From the human T2T-CHM13v2.0 reference genome, Homo sapiens, in NCBI RefSeq assembly GCF_009914755.1, contig NC_060938.1: a stretch of DNA of 64,000 nt; one strand, given 5' to 3'. Shown piece by piece: positions 1 to 21,400 of the stretch; positions within the stretch are counted from its first letter, which is position 1; each line of letters starts with the position of its first letter. Position numbers and translations under genes: made by a program. The notes below the pieces were generated by a model. That model made no database searches, had not been told where the DNA came from, and was given only the letters and a program-made list of their open reading frames with translations.

Positions 1-4384
<4,384 letters not shown>

Positions 4385-7300
4385 ATGACAGATCTCTGAA
4401 CTGATCAACAAACCGATGTAACACTTGATTAGGCTCTGCCTACAGGGGCTTTGTAACATATCTCTGCACTGATCACCCAGGTGACGGGACTTTTATCTAG
4501 GCTCGGCCTATGGGGGTATTGTGACATATCTCTACACTAATCCCACAGGTGATGTAACTATTTTGTTGGATATGCGTATGGGGGCATTGTTACATATTGC
4601 TTCACTGATCACCCAGGTGATGGGACTCTTGTCTAGGCTCTGTGTATGGGGGTTTTATGACACATCTCTACACTGATCACCCAGGTGATGTAACGCTTCA
4701 CTAGGCTCTGCCTATGGGGCATAGTGACATATCACTGTATTGATCGCTGAGGTGATATAACTCTTGTCCAGGCTCTGCCTATAGGGGGCATTGTGACATA
4801 TCTCTGCACAGATCATCTAGGTGATGTAACTCTTGCTTACGCTCTACCTGCAGGGGCATTGTGAAATATCTCTGCACTGATCACCCAGGTGATGGGAATC
4901 TTCTCTACGCTCTGCCTACTGGGGGCATTGTCACATATGTCTGCACTGATCACCCAGGTGACGGACTCTCATCTGGGATTTGCCTAGGGGGGCATTGTGA
5001 CATATCACTGCACTGATCACCCAGGTGATGTAACTCTGGTCTAAGCTCTGCCTAAAGGGGCATTGTGACAGAATTCTGCACTGATCACTTAGGTGATGTA
5101 ACTATTGTCAAGGCTCTGCTTAAAGGGGCCTTGTCACATATCTCTGCACTGGTCACCCAGGTGATGTAACTCTTGTCTAGGCTCTGCTTAGAGGGAGTAT
5201 TGTGACATATCTCTGCACTGATCACCTAAGTGATGTAACACTTGTGTAGGCTCTGCCTACAGGGGCACCTTGACATATCACTGCACTGTTAACCGAGGTG
5301 ATGTAACTCTTGTCTAGGCTGTGCCCACAGGGGGATTGAGACATATCTCTGCACTGATCCCGAGGTGATCCAAATCTTCCCTGGTCTCTGCCTAATGGGG
5401 ACATTGTGATATATCTCTGCACTGATCTCCCAGGTGTTGTAACTTTAGTCTAGGCTCTTTCTACATGCATTGTGACATATCACTGCACTGATCACCCAGT
5501 TGATATAACTCTTGTCTAGGCTCTGCCTACAGGGGGCTTGTGACATATCTCTGCACTGATCACACAGGTGACATAACTCTTCTCTACGATCTGCCTACAT
5601 GGTGCTTTGTGACATATCCCTGCAATGATCACCCAGGTGGTATAACACTTGTCAAGGCTCTGCCTACAGGGGCATTACGATGTATCTCTGCACTGATCAC
5701 CTAGGTCATGTAACTCTTGTCTAGGCTCTGCCTACAGTGGCATTGTGACATATCTCTGCACTGATCACCCAGGTGATGTAACTATTTTCTAGGATCTCCC
5801 TAAAGGGATTTTGTGACATAACTCTGCACTGATCATCCAGGTTTTGAGGCTTTTGTCTAGGCTCTGCCTAAGGGGGCATTGTGACATATTTCTGCACTGA
5901 TCACCGAGGTGACAGACTCTTGCTTTGGATCTGCCTAAGGACGCATTGTGACTTATCTCTGCACTGATCACCCAGGTGATGTAACTGTTCCATAAGCTCT
6001 GCCTATGGGGGAATTGTGAGAGATCTCGCCACTGATCACCCAAGTGATGTAACTATTGTCTAGGCTTTGCCTACAGGGGGCTTTGTGACATACCTTTGCA
6101 CTGATCACCCAGGTGATGTAACTTATCTAAGTTCTGCCTACAGGAGCTTTGTGACATATCTCTGCACTGATCACTTAGGTTATGTAACACTTTTATAAGC
6201 ACTGCCTACAGGGAATTTTGACAAATCTCTCCACTGATCACCTAGGTGATGTAACTCTTGTCTACCCTCTGCCCAAAGGGGGCATTGAGAAATATTTCTG
6301 CACTGATCACCCAGGTAGTTCAACGCCTGACTAGGATCTGCCTACAGGGGCATTTTCACATATCCCTGAACTGATGACAAAGGTGATGTAACTCTTGCCT
6401 AGGCTTTGCCTACAGGGGACATTGTTACATATCTCTGCACTGATCTCTTAGGTGATGCAAAACTTGTCTAGGCTTTGCCTACAGTGGGTTTTATGACATA
6501 ACTCTTCACTGATAACCCAGGTGATGTAACTCTTATCTAGCCTCTGCTTACAGGGGGTATTGTAAGATATCTCTGCACCAATCACCCAGGTGATGTAACT
6601 CTTGTCTAGGCTCTGCCTACAGGGGCATTTTAAAATATCACTGCACTGATCACCGAGATGATGTAACTCATGTATAGGCTTCGCCGACAGGGGGCATTGA
6701 GACATATCTCTGTAATGATCACCGAGGTGATGCAACTCTTGTCTGGGATGTGCTTACAGGGGGCATTGTGACATATCTCAGCCCTGATCACCCAGGTGAT
6801 GTATCTCTTGTCTAGGCTCTGCCTCCTGGAGACATTGTGACATATCTCCGCCCTGATCACCCAGGTGATGTCACTTTTGTCAAGGATATGGTTATAGGGA
6901 CATTGTGAGATGTTACTGCACTGATCACACAACTGATGTAACTATTGTCTAGGCTATGGGTACAGGGGGCTTGTGACACATCTCTGCACTGATCACCCAG
7001 GTGATGTTACCCTTGTCTAGGCTCTGCCAAAGGGGGGCATTGTGACATAAATCTGCCCTGATCATCCAGGTGATGGAACACTTTTCTAGGCTCTGCCTAC
7101 AGGGGCATTGTGACATATCTCTGCAGTGATCATGCAGGTGAAGTAACTCTTGTCTATATCTGCCTACTGGCGGCATTGTGGCATATTTCTGCACTGATCA
7201 CCCAGGTGATGGACTCTTGTCTTGGATCTGCCGATGGGGGCATAGTGACATATCTCTGCACTAATCACTCATGTGATGTAACGCTTGTCTAAGCTGCACC

Positions 7301-10300
7301 TAAAGGGGAATTGTGACAGACATCTCCACTGATCACCCAGTTGATGTAACAATTTTCTGTTATTTGTCTACAGGGGGCTTTGTGACATATATTTGCACTA
7401 ATCACCAAAAAGATGTAACAACTATTATCTAGGCTCGGCCTACAATGGCTTTGTGAAATATTTCTGCACTGATCACCCAGGTGATGTAACTCTTGTTTAG
7501 GCTCTGCCTACAGGGTCTTTGTGACATATATCTATATTGATCACCTAGGTGATGTAACTCTTCTCCAGGCTCCACCTACAGGGGGTATTGTGACGTATCT
7601 CTGCACTGATCACCCAGGTGATGTATCTCTTTTTTAGGCTGTGCCTACAGGGGCTTTGTGATATATATCTATACTGATCACCCAGGTGATGTAACTCTTC
7701 TCCAGCCTCGACCTACAGGGGTTATTGTGACGTATCTCTGCACTGATCACCCAGGTGATGTAACTCTTGTCTAGGCTCCACCTACAGGGGGTATTGTGAC
7801 GTATCTCTGCACTGATCACCCAGATGATGTAACATTTATCTAGGCTCTGCCTACAGGGGCGTTTTGACATAGCTCTGCACAGATCACCTTGGTTATGTAA
7901 CTCTTGCCCGCTCTCTGCCTACAGGGGACATTTTGGAATATCTCTGCACTGATAACCCAGGTGATGGGACTCTTCTCTATACTCTACCTAGAGGGCTATT
8001 TGTGACATACCTCTGCACTGATCACGCAGATGATGGAAGTCTTGTCTAGGCTCTGTCTATGGGGGCATTGTGTCAAATATCAGCACTGATCACACAGGTG
8101 ATGTAACTCTTTTCTAGGCTCTGTCTACAGGGATTTTTGTGACATATCACTGCACTGAACACCTAGGTGATGTAAGCCTTGTATGGGCTTTGCCTACAGA
8201 AGGCTTTGTGACATATCTATGCAGTGATCTCTGAGGTGATGCAACTTTTGTCTAGGCACTGCCTACTGGGGACATTGGTACATATCTCAGCACTGATCAC
8301 CCAGGTGATGGACTCTTGTCTTAGATCAGCCACCATGGACATTGTGACACATCTCTGAACTGATCAACCAAGTGATGAAACTCTTGTCTAGGCTCTGCCT
8401 TCAGGAGCTTTGTGACACATTTCTGCACTGATGACCCAGGGGAGGGAACTCTTGTCTACGCTGTGCCTGCAGAAGGCTTCATGACTTATACCTGCACCGA
8501 TAACCTAGGTGATGTAACACTTGTCTAGGCTCTGCCTACACGGGAATTCTCACATATCTCTGCACTGATCAACCAGGTGACAGATTATTGTCTTGGATCT
8601 GCCTATGGGGGCATTGTGACATATCTCTGCAATGATCTCCCAGGTGATGTAACTGTTATATAAGCTCTGCCTACAGGGGAATTGTGAGAGATCTCGCCAC
8701 TGATCACCCGAGTGATGTAAGTATTGTCTAGGCTTTGCCTACAGGGTGCTTTTTGACATACCTTTGCACTGATCACCCATGTGATGTAGCTCATCTAAGT
8801 TCTGCCTACAGGACCTTTGTGACATATCTCTTCACTGATCACTTAGGTAATGTAACACTTTTATAAGCACTGCCTACAGGGAATTTTGACAAATCTCTCT
8901 ACTGATCACCTAGGTGATGTCACTATTGTCTACCCTCTGCCCAAAGTGGGCATTGTGAAATATGTCTGCACTGATCACCCAGGTGATTCTACTCTTGTCT
9001 TGGATCTGCCTACAGGGGGTATTGTGAAATATCTCTGCACTGATCAACTAGGTGATGTAACTAGTGTCTAGGCTGTGCCTAGATGGGCGTTTTCACATCT
9101 CCCTGAACTGATGACAAAGGTGACGTAACTCTTCCCTAGGCTTTGCCCACAGGGGACATTGTTACATATCTCTGCACTGATCAACCAGGTGATGCAACTA
9201 TTCTCTATGCCCTTCCTACAGGGGACATTGTGACATATCTCTGCCCTGATCACCCAGGTGATGCAACTCTTCTCTATGCTCTGCCTACAGGGGACATTGT
9301 GACATATTTCGGCACTGATCACCCAGGAGATGTAACTCTTTTCTACTCTCTACCTACAGAGGGCGTTGTGACACCAATCTGCACGGATCACCCGGGTTAT
9401 GTAACTCTTATCTAGGCTCTGCTTACAGTGGGTATTGTGACATATCTCTACACTGATCACCTAAGTGATGTAACTCTTGTGTAGGCTCTGACTACAGGGG
9501 CATTTTGACATATCTCTGCACTGTTAAACGAGGTGATGTAACTCTTGTCTTGGCTGTGCCCACAGGGGGATTGAGACATATCTCTGCAATGAACCCAGGG
9601 TGATCCAACTCTTGCCTGGTCTCTGTCTACTGTGGACATTGTGACATATCTCTGCACTGATCTCCCAGGAGGAGTAACTTTAGTCTAGGCTCTAGCTACA
9701 AGGCATTGTGACATATCACTGCACTGATCACCCAGGTGATATAACCCTTTTCTAGGCTCTGCCTACAGGGGGCTTGTGACATATTTCTGCACTGATCACC
9801 CAGGTGATATAACCATTCTCTAGGATCTGCCTACAGGGTGCTTTGTGACATATCCCTGCAATGATCACCCAGGTGATATACAAATTGTCAAGGCTCTGCC
9901 TACAGGGGCATGGCGATATATCTCTGCACTGATCACCTAGGTCATGTAACTCTTTTCTAGGATCTGCCTACAGTGACATTGTGACATATCTCTGCACTGA
10001 TCACCCAGGTGATGTAACTATTTTCTAGGATCTGCCTACAGGGTGTTTTGTGACAAATCCCTGCAATGATCACCCAGGTGATGTACCACTTCTCAAGGCT
10101 CAGCCTGCAGGGACATTACGATGTATCTCTGCACTGATCACCCAGGTGATGTAACTCTTGTCTAGGCTCTGCTTACACGGGGTATTGTGAGATATCTCTG
10201 TACTGATCACCCAGGTGATGTAACCCTTGTTTAGGCTCTGCCTACCAGGGCATTTTAACATATCACTGCACTGATCACCGAGATGATGTAACACTTGTAT

Positions 10301-13300
10301 AGGCTTCGCCCACAGGGGGCATTCAGACATATCTCTGCTCTGATCACCGCGGTGATGCAACTCTTTTCTGAGATCTGCTTTCAGGGGGCATTGTGATATA
10401 TCTCTGCCCTGATCACCCAGGTGATGTAACTCTTGTCTTGGCTCTGCCTACTGGAGACATTGTGACACATCTCCGCACTGATCACCCAGGTGATGTCACT
10501 TTTGTCAAGTATATGGCTACAGGGACATTGTGACATGTCACTGCACTGATCACCCAGGTCATGTAACCCTTGTCTAGGCTCTGCCAAAAGGGGGAATTGT
10601 GACATAACTCTGTACTGATCACACAGGTGATGGCACTCTTGTCTAGGCTCTGCCTACAGGGGCTTTCTGGCATATCTCTGCAGTGATCACGAAGATGATG
10701 TAACTCTTGTCTATATCTGCCAACTGGCGGCATTGTGGCATATTTCTGCACTGATCACCCAGGTGATGGACTCTTGTCTTGGATCTGCCTAAGGGGGCAT
10801 AGTGGCATATCTCTGCACTGATCACTCATGTGATGTAACGCTTGTCTAAGCTGCACCTAAAGGGGAATTGTGACAGATATCTCCAGTGATCACCCAGGTG
10901 ATGGAACAATTTTCTGGGATTTGTCTACAGGGGGCTTTGTGACATATCTTTGCACTGATCACCCAGGAGATGAAACTCTTGTCTAGGCTCTGCCTACAGG
11001 GGCTTTGTGACATATTCCTGCACTGATCACCCAGGTGATGTCACTCTTGTCTAGGCTCCACCTACAGGGGGTATCGTGACGTATGTCTGCACTGATCACC
11101 CAGGTGATGTAACTCCTGTCTAGGTTCAGCCTACAGGAGCGTTTTGACATATCTCTGCACTGATCACCCAGGTGATGTAACCCTTGTCTAAGCTCTGCCT
11201 ACAGGGACATTTTGACAGATCTCTCCACTGCTCACCCAGGTGATGTAACAATTGTCTGGGCTTTGATTACAGGGGGCTTTGTGATATACATTTCCACTGA
11301 TAAAACAGGTGATGTAAACCTTGTCAAGGTACTGCTTACAGGGGCTTTGTGACATATCTCTGCACTGATCAACCCAGGGAGGAAACACTTGTCTACACTC
11401 TGCTTATGGGAGGCTTTAAAAGTTATCCCTGCATTGATCACCCAGGTGATGTAACTCTTGTCTAGGCTCTGCTTACAGGGGGTATTGTGACATATCTCTG
11501 CACTGATCACCTGAGTGATGTAACACTTGTGTAAGCTCTGCCTACAGGGCCATCTTCAGATACCTCTGCAATGTTAACCGAGGTGATGTAACTCTTGTCC
11601 GGGCTGTGCCCACAGGGGGATTGAGACATATCTTTGCACTGGTACCGAGTTGATCCAACTCTTACCTGGTATCTGCCTACTGGGGACATTGTGTCATATC
11701 TCAGCATTGATCTCCCAGGTGCTGTAACTTTAGTCTAGGCTCTGGCTACACGGCATTGTGAGACATCACTGCACTGATCACCCAGTTGATATAACCCTTC
11801 TCTAGGCCCTGCCTTCAAGGGGCTTTTGACATATCTCTTCACTGATCACCCAGGTGATATAACTTTTCTCTAGGATCTGCCTACAGGGTGCTTTTTGACA
11901 TATCCCTGCAATGATCACACAGGTGATATACCACTTGTCAAGGCTCTGCCTACGGGGGCATTGCTATGTATCTCTGCACTTATCACCTAGGTCATGTAAC
12001 TCTTGTCTAGGCTCTGCCTACAGTGGCATTGTGACATATCTCTGCACTGATCACCCAGGTGATGTAACTCTTCTCTAGGATCTGCCTACAGGGTGCTTTG
12101 TGACATAACCCTGCAATGATCACCTAGGTGATGTACCACTTGTCAAGGCTCTGCCTACAGGGACATTGCGAGGTAACTCTGCACTGATCACCTAGGTCAT
12201 GTAACTCTTGTCTAGGCTCTGCCTACAGTGGCATTGTGACATATCTCTGCACTGATCATCCAAGTGATGTAACTCTTGTCAGGGATCTGCCTAAAGGGAC
12301 TTTGTGACATAAATCTGCACTGATCATCCAGGTGATGGGGCTTTTGTCGAGGCTCTGCCTAAGGGGGCATTGTGACATATTTCTGCACTGATCACCCAGG
12401 TGACGGACTCTTGTCTTGGATCTCCCTATGGGGGCACAGTGAATTATCTCTGCACTGATCACCCAGGTGATGTAAATGTTGTATAAGCTCTGCCTTCAGG
12501 GGAATTGTGAGAGATCTCGCCACTGATCACCCAAGTGTTGTAACTATTGTCTAGGCTTTGCCTACAGTGGGCTTTGTGACATACTTTTGCACTGATCACC
12601 CAGGTGATGTAACTCATCTAAGTTCTGCCTACAGGAGCTTTGTGACATATCTCTGCACTGATCACTTAGGTGATGTAGCAATTTTATAAGCACTGCTTAC
12701 AGGGAATTTTGACAAATCTCTGCTCTGATCACCTAGGTTATGTAGCTCTTATCTACCCTCTGCCCAAAGGGGGCATTGTGAAATATCTTTGCACTGATCA
12801 CCCAGGTGATTCAACCCTTGTCTACGATCTGCCTTCAGGGGGTATTGTGAAAAATCTCTGCCCTGATCAACTAGGTGATGTAACTAGTGTCTAGGCTCTG
12901 CCTATAGGGGCGTTTTCACATATCCCTGAACTGATGACAAAGGTGATGTACCTCTTGCCTACGCTTTGCCTATAGGGGACATTGTGACATATCTCTGCAC
13001 TGATCACCCAGATAATGTAACTGTTTTCTAGTCTCTGTCTACAGAGGTCGTTGTGACATCACACTGCACGGATCACCCGGGTTATTTAACTCTTGTCTAG
13101 TCTCTGCCTACGGGGGCATTGTGACTTATCTCTGCACTGATCACCCAGGAAATGTGACTCTTGTCTAAACTCTGCCTAGAGGGAAATTCGGACATATCTC
13201 TACACTGATCGCTGAGGTGATGTAAAACTTGCCTAGGCTTTGCCCACAGTGGGATTTATGACATATCTCTGGACTGATCACCCAGGTGATGTAACTCTTG

Positions 13301-15705
13301 TCTATGCTCTGCTTACACGGGGAGTTGTGAGATATCTCTGCACTGATCACCCAGGTAATGTAACTCTTGTCTAGGCTCTGCCTACAGGGGCATTTTAACA
13401 TATCACTGCACTGATCACCGAGATGTTGTAACTCTTGTATAGGTTTCGCCGACGTGGGCATTGAGACATATCTCTGCACTGATCACCGTGGTGATGCAAC
13501 TCTTGTCTGGGATCGTCTTACAGGGGGCATTGTGACATATCTCTGCCCTGATCATCCAGGTGATGTAACTCTTGTCTAGGCTCTGCCTACCGGAGACATT
13601 GTGACATATCTCTGCACTGATCACCCAGGTGTTTTCACTTTTGTCAAGGATATGGCTACAGGGACATTGTGAAATGTCAGTGCACTGATCACACAGCTCA
13701 TGTAAAAATTGTCTAGGCTCTGGCTGCAAGGGGCTTGTGACACATCTCTGCACTGATCACCCAGATGATGGAACCCTTCTCTAGGCTCCGCCAAAAGGAG
13801 GCATTGTGACATAACTCTGCACTGATCACCCACGTGATGGGACTCTTGTCTGGGCTCTGCCTATGGGGGCATTGTGACATATCTCTGCAGTGATCACGCA
13901 GGTGATGGAACTCTTGTCTATATCTGCCTACTGGCGGCATTGTGGCATATTTCTGCACTGATCACCCAGGTGATGGACTCCTGTCTTGGGGTTGCCTATG
14001 GGGGCATAGTGACATATCTCTGCACTGATCACTTATGTGACGTAACGCTTGTCTAAGCTGCGCCTAAAGGGGAATTGTGACAGATATCTCCACTGATCAT
14101 GCAGGTGATGTAACAATTTTCTGGGATTTGTCTACAGGGGGCTTTGTGACATATCTTTGCACTGATCACCCAGGAGATGTAACTCTTGTCTAGGCTCGGC
14201 CTACTTTGGCTTTGTGACATAACTCTGCACTGATCACCCAGATGATGTAACTCTTGTCTAGGCTCCACCTACAGGGGGTATTGCGACATATTTCAGCACT
14301 CATCACCCAGGTGATGTAACATTTATCTAGCCTCTGCCTACGGGGGCGCTTTGACATAGCTCTGCACAGATCACCTAGGTTATGTAAGTCTTGTCCACTC
14401 TCTGCCTACTGGGGACATTGTGAAATATTTCTGCACTGATCATCCAGGTGATGGGACTCTTCTCTATACTCTGCCTCGAGGGGGATTTGTGACATATCTC
14501 TGCACTGATCACCCAGGTGATGGAAGTCTTTTCTAGGCTCTGTCTATGGGGGCATTGTGTCAAATATCTGCACTGATCACCCAGGTGATGTAACTGTTTT
14601 CTAGGGTCTGTCTACAGGGATTTTTGTCACATATGACTGCACTGATCACCTAGGTGATGTAAGCCTTGTATGCGCTTTGCCTATAGAAGGGTTTCTGACA
14701 TATCTATGCACTGATCTCTGAGGTGATGCAACTCTTGTCTAGGCACTGCCTACAGGGGACATTGGTACATATCTCTGCACTGATCACCCAGATGATGGAC
14801 TCTTGTCTTAGGTCTGCCTACATGGACATTGTGACACATCTCTGAACTGATCAACCAAGTGATGAAACGCTTGTCTAGGCTCTGCCTACAGGGGCTTTGT
14901 GACACATCTCTTCACTGATCACCCTGTGGAGGGATCTCTTTTCTACGCTCTGCCTACAGGAGGCTTTATGACTTATACCTGTACTGATAACCTAGGTGAT
15001 GTAACACTTGTCTAGGATCTGCCTAAGTGGGAATTCTCACATATGTCTGTGCTGCTCACCCGGGTGTTGTAACTCCAGTCTAGGTTCAGCCTACAGGAGC
15101 GTTTTGACATATCTCTGCACTGTTCACCCAGGTGATGTAACCCTTGTCTAAGCTCTGCCTACAGAGGCATTCTGACAGATCTCTCCACTGCTCACCCAGG
15201 TGATGTAACAATTGTCTGGGCTTTGCCTACAGGGGGCTTTGTGATGTAGATTTCCACTGATCAAACAGGTGATGTAACCCTTGTCAAGGTTCTGCTTACA
15301 GTGGCTTTGTGACATATCTCTGCACTGATCACCCCAGGGAGGAAACACTTGTCTACACTCTGCCTACAGGAGGCTTTACGACATATCCCTGCTCCAATCA
15401 CTAGATGAGGTAACGCTTGTCTAAGCTCTGTCTCAGGGGTATTTTCACACATCTCTACACTGATCACCTAAGTGATGTAACACTTGTCTAGGTTCAGCCT
15501 ACTGGGGATTTCTGACATACCTATGCACTGATCACCGAGGTGATGTAAATCATTTCCAGGCTTTTTGTACAGGGGACATTGTGATATATCTCTACACTGA
15601 TCACCCAAATGATGCAAATCTTCTCTAGGCTCCGCAGGGAGGGGGCATTGTGACATGTTTCTGAACCGATCATCCAGGAGATATAACTATTCTCCAGTCT
15701 CTGAC
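4385..15705 (-). repeat. Beta-satellite array, reverse orientation (~11.3 kb)
   Basis: Continuous monomers gtgacatatctctgcactgatcacccaggtgatgtaactcttgtctaggctctgcctacaggggcatt. Confidence 0.97.
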
Positions 15706-18475
<2,770 letters not shown>

Positions 18476-21400
18476 ATGAGACATCTCTGAACTGCTCAAC
18501 AATGCGATGTAACTCTTCTCTACGCTCTGCCTACAGGGGCTTGTGACATATCTCTGCATTGATCATCCAGGTGATGGGACTTTTGTCTAGGCTCTGCCTA
18601 TGGGGGCATTGTGACATATCTCTTTACTGATCACCCAGGTGATGTAACTCTTGTATTGTATCTGCCTATGGGGGCATTGTGACATATCTCTACACTGATC
18701 ACCCAGGTGATGTAACACTTGTGTTGGATCTGCCAATGGGGGCATTGTGACATATTTCTGCACTGATCACTCAGGTGATGGAACTCTTGACTGGGCTCTG
18801 TGTATGGGGGCTTTGTGACATATCTATGCACTGATCACCCAGGTGATGTAACGTTTGTCCAGGCTCTGCCTATAGGGGGACTTGTGACATATCTCTGCAC
18901 TGATCACCCAGGTGATGTAACTCTTGTCTAGGCTCTGCTTACAGGTGGTATTGTGACATATCTCTGCACTGATCACCTAAGTGATGTAACAATTGTGTAG
19001 GCTCTGCCTACAGGGGCACCTTGACATATCTCTGCACTGTTAACCGAGGTGATGTAACTCTTGTTTAGGCTGTGCCCACAGGGGAATTGAGACATATCTC
19101 TGCACTGATCCCGAGGTGATACAACTCTTGCCTGGTCTCTGCCTACCGGGGACATTGTGACATATCTCTGCACTGATCTCTCAGGTGCTGTAACTTTAGT
19201 CTAGGCTCTGGTTACACGGAATTGTGACATATCACTGCACAAATCACCCAGGAGATATAACACTTCAATAGGCTCTGCCTGCAGTGGGTTTGTGACATAT
19301 CTGTGCACTGATCACCCAGGTGATATAACTCTTCTTTAGGATCTGCCTACACGGTGCTTTGTGACATATCCTTGCAATGATCACCCAGGTGATATAACAC
19401 TTGTCAAGGATCTGCCTACAGGGGCATTGCGATGTATCTCTGCACTGATCACCCAGGTCATGTAACTATTGACTAGGCTCTGCCTACAGTGGCATTGTGA
19501 CATATCTGTGCACTGATCATCCAAGTGATGTAACACTTGTCTAGGATCTGCCTAAAGGGACTTTGTGACATAAATGTGCACTGATCATCCAGGTGATGGG
19601 GCTTTTGTCTAGGCTCTGCCTAAGGGGGCACTGTGACATATTTCTACACTGATCACCCAGGTGACGGACTCTTGTCTTGGATCTGCCTATGGGGGAATTG
19701 CGACATATCTCTTCAATGATCACCCAGGAGATGTAACTGTTGTACAAGTTCTGCCTACAGGGGAATTGTGAGAGATCTCGCCACTGATCACCCAAGTGAT
19801 GTAACTATTTTCTAAGCTTTGCGTACAGTGGGCTTTGTGACATACCTTTGCACTGATCACACAGGTGATGTAACTCATCTAAGTTCTGCCTACAGGAGCT
19901 TTGTGACATATATCTGCACTGATCACTTAGGGGATGTAACACTTTTATAAGCACTGCCTAAAAGGAATTTTGACAAATCTCTGCACTGATCACCTAGGTG
20001 ATGTAACTCTTGTCTACCCTCTGCCCAAAGGGGGCAATGTGAAATATCTCTGCACTGATCACCAAGGTAATTCAACTCTTGTCTAGGATCTGCCTACAGG
20101 GTTACTGTGAAATAACTCTGCAGTGATCAACTAGGTGATATAACTCCTGTCTAGTCTCTGCCTACAGGGGCGTTTTCACATATCCCTGAATTGATGACAA
20201 AGGTGATGTAACTCTGGCCTAGGCCTTGCCTACAGGGGACATTGTGACATATCTCTGCACTGATAACCCATGTGATGCAACTCTTCTCTATGCTCTGCCT
20301 ACAGCAGACATTGTGACATATCTCTGCACTGATCACCCAGGTGATGCAACTCTTCTCTATGCTCTGCCTACAGTGGGCTTTGTGACATATTTCTGCACTG
20401 ATCACCAAGGTGATGTAACTCTTGTTTAGGCTCTGCCTACACGGGCGTTGTGACATATTTCTGTACTGATCACCCAGGTGATGTAACTTTGTCTAGGCTC
20501 CACCTACAAGGGGTATTGTGACATATCTCTGCACTGATCACCCAGGGGATGTAACATTTATCTAGGCTCTCCCTACAGGGGCGTTTTGACATAACTCTGC
20601 ACAGATCACCTACGTTATGTAACTCTTGTCTGCCCTCTGCCCAAAGGGAGCATTGCGAAATATCTCTGCACTGATAACCCAGGTGATTCAACTCTTGTCT
20701 AGGATCTGCCTACAGGGGCTTTGTGACATATTTCTGCACTGATCACCCAGGTGATGTGACTGTTGTCTAGGCTCTGTGTATGGGGGCTTTGTGACATGTC
20801 TGTGCACTGATCACCCAGGTGATGTAACGCTTGACTAGGCTCTGCCTATGGGGCATAGTGACATATCACTGCATTGATCACCGAGGTGATGTAACTCTTC
20901 TCCAGGCTCTGCCTATAGGGGTCGTTGTGACATATCTCTGTACTGATCATCTAGGTGATGTAACCCTTGCTTATGCTCTGCCTGCAGGGGCATTGTGCAA
21001 TATCTCTGAACTGATCACCCAGGTGATGGGACTCTACACTAGGCTCTGCCTACTGGGGGCCTTGTCACAAATTTCTGCACTGATCACCCAGGTGACGGAC
21101 TCTTGTCTTGGATTTGCCTATGGGGGCATTGTGACATATCTCTGCACTGATCATCTAAGTGATGTAACACTTTCTTACACTCTGCCTGCAGAGGCATTGT
21201 GAAATATCTCTGCACTGATCACCCAGGTGATGGGACCCTTCTCTAGGCTCTGCTTACTGGGGGCATTGTCACACATATCTGCAGTGATCACCCAGGGGAC
21301 GGACCCTTGTCTTGGATTTGCCTATGGGGGCATAGTGACATAACTCTGCACTGATCACCCAGGTGATGTAACTCTGGTCTAAGCTCTGCCTAAAGTGGCA

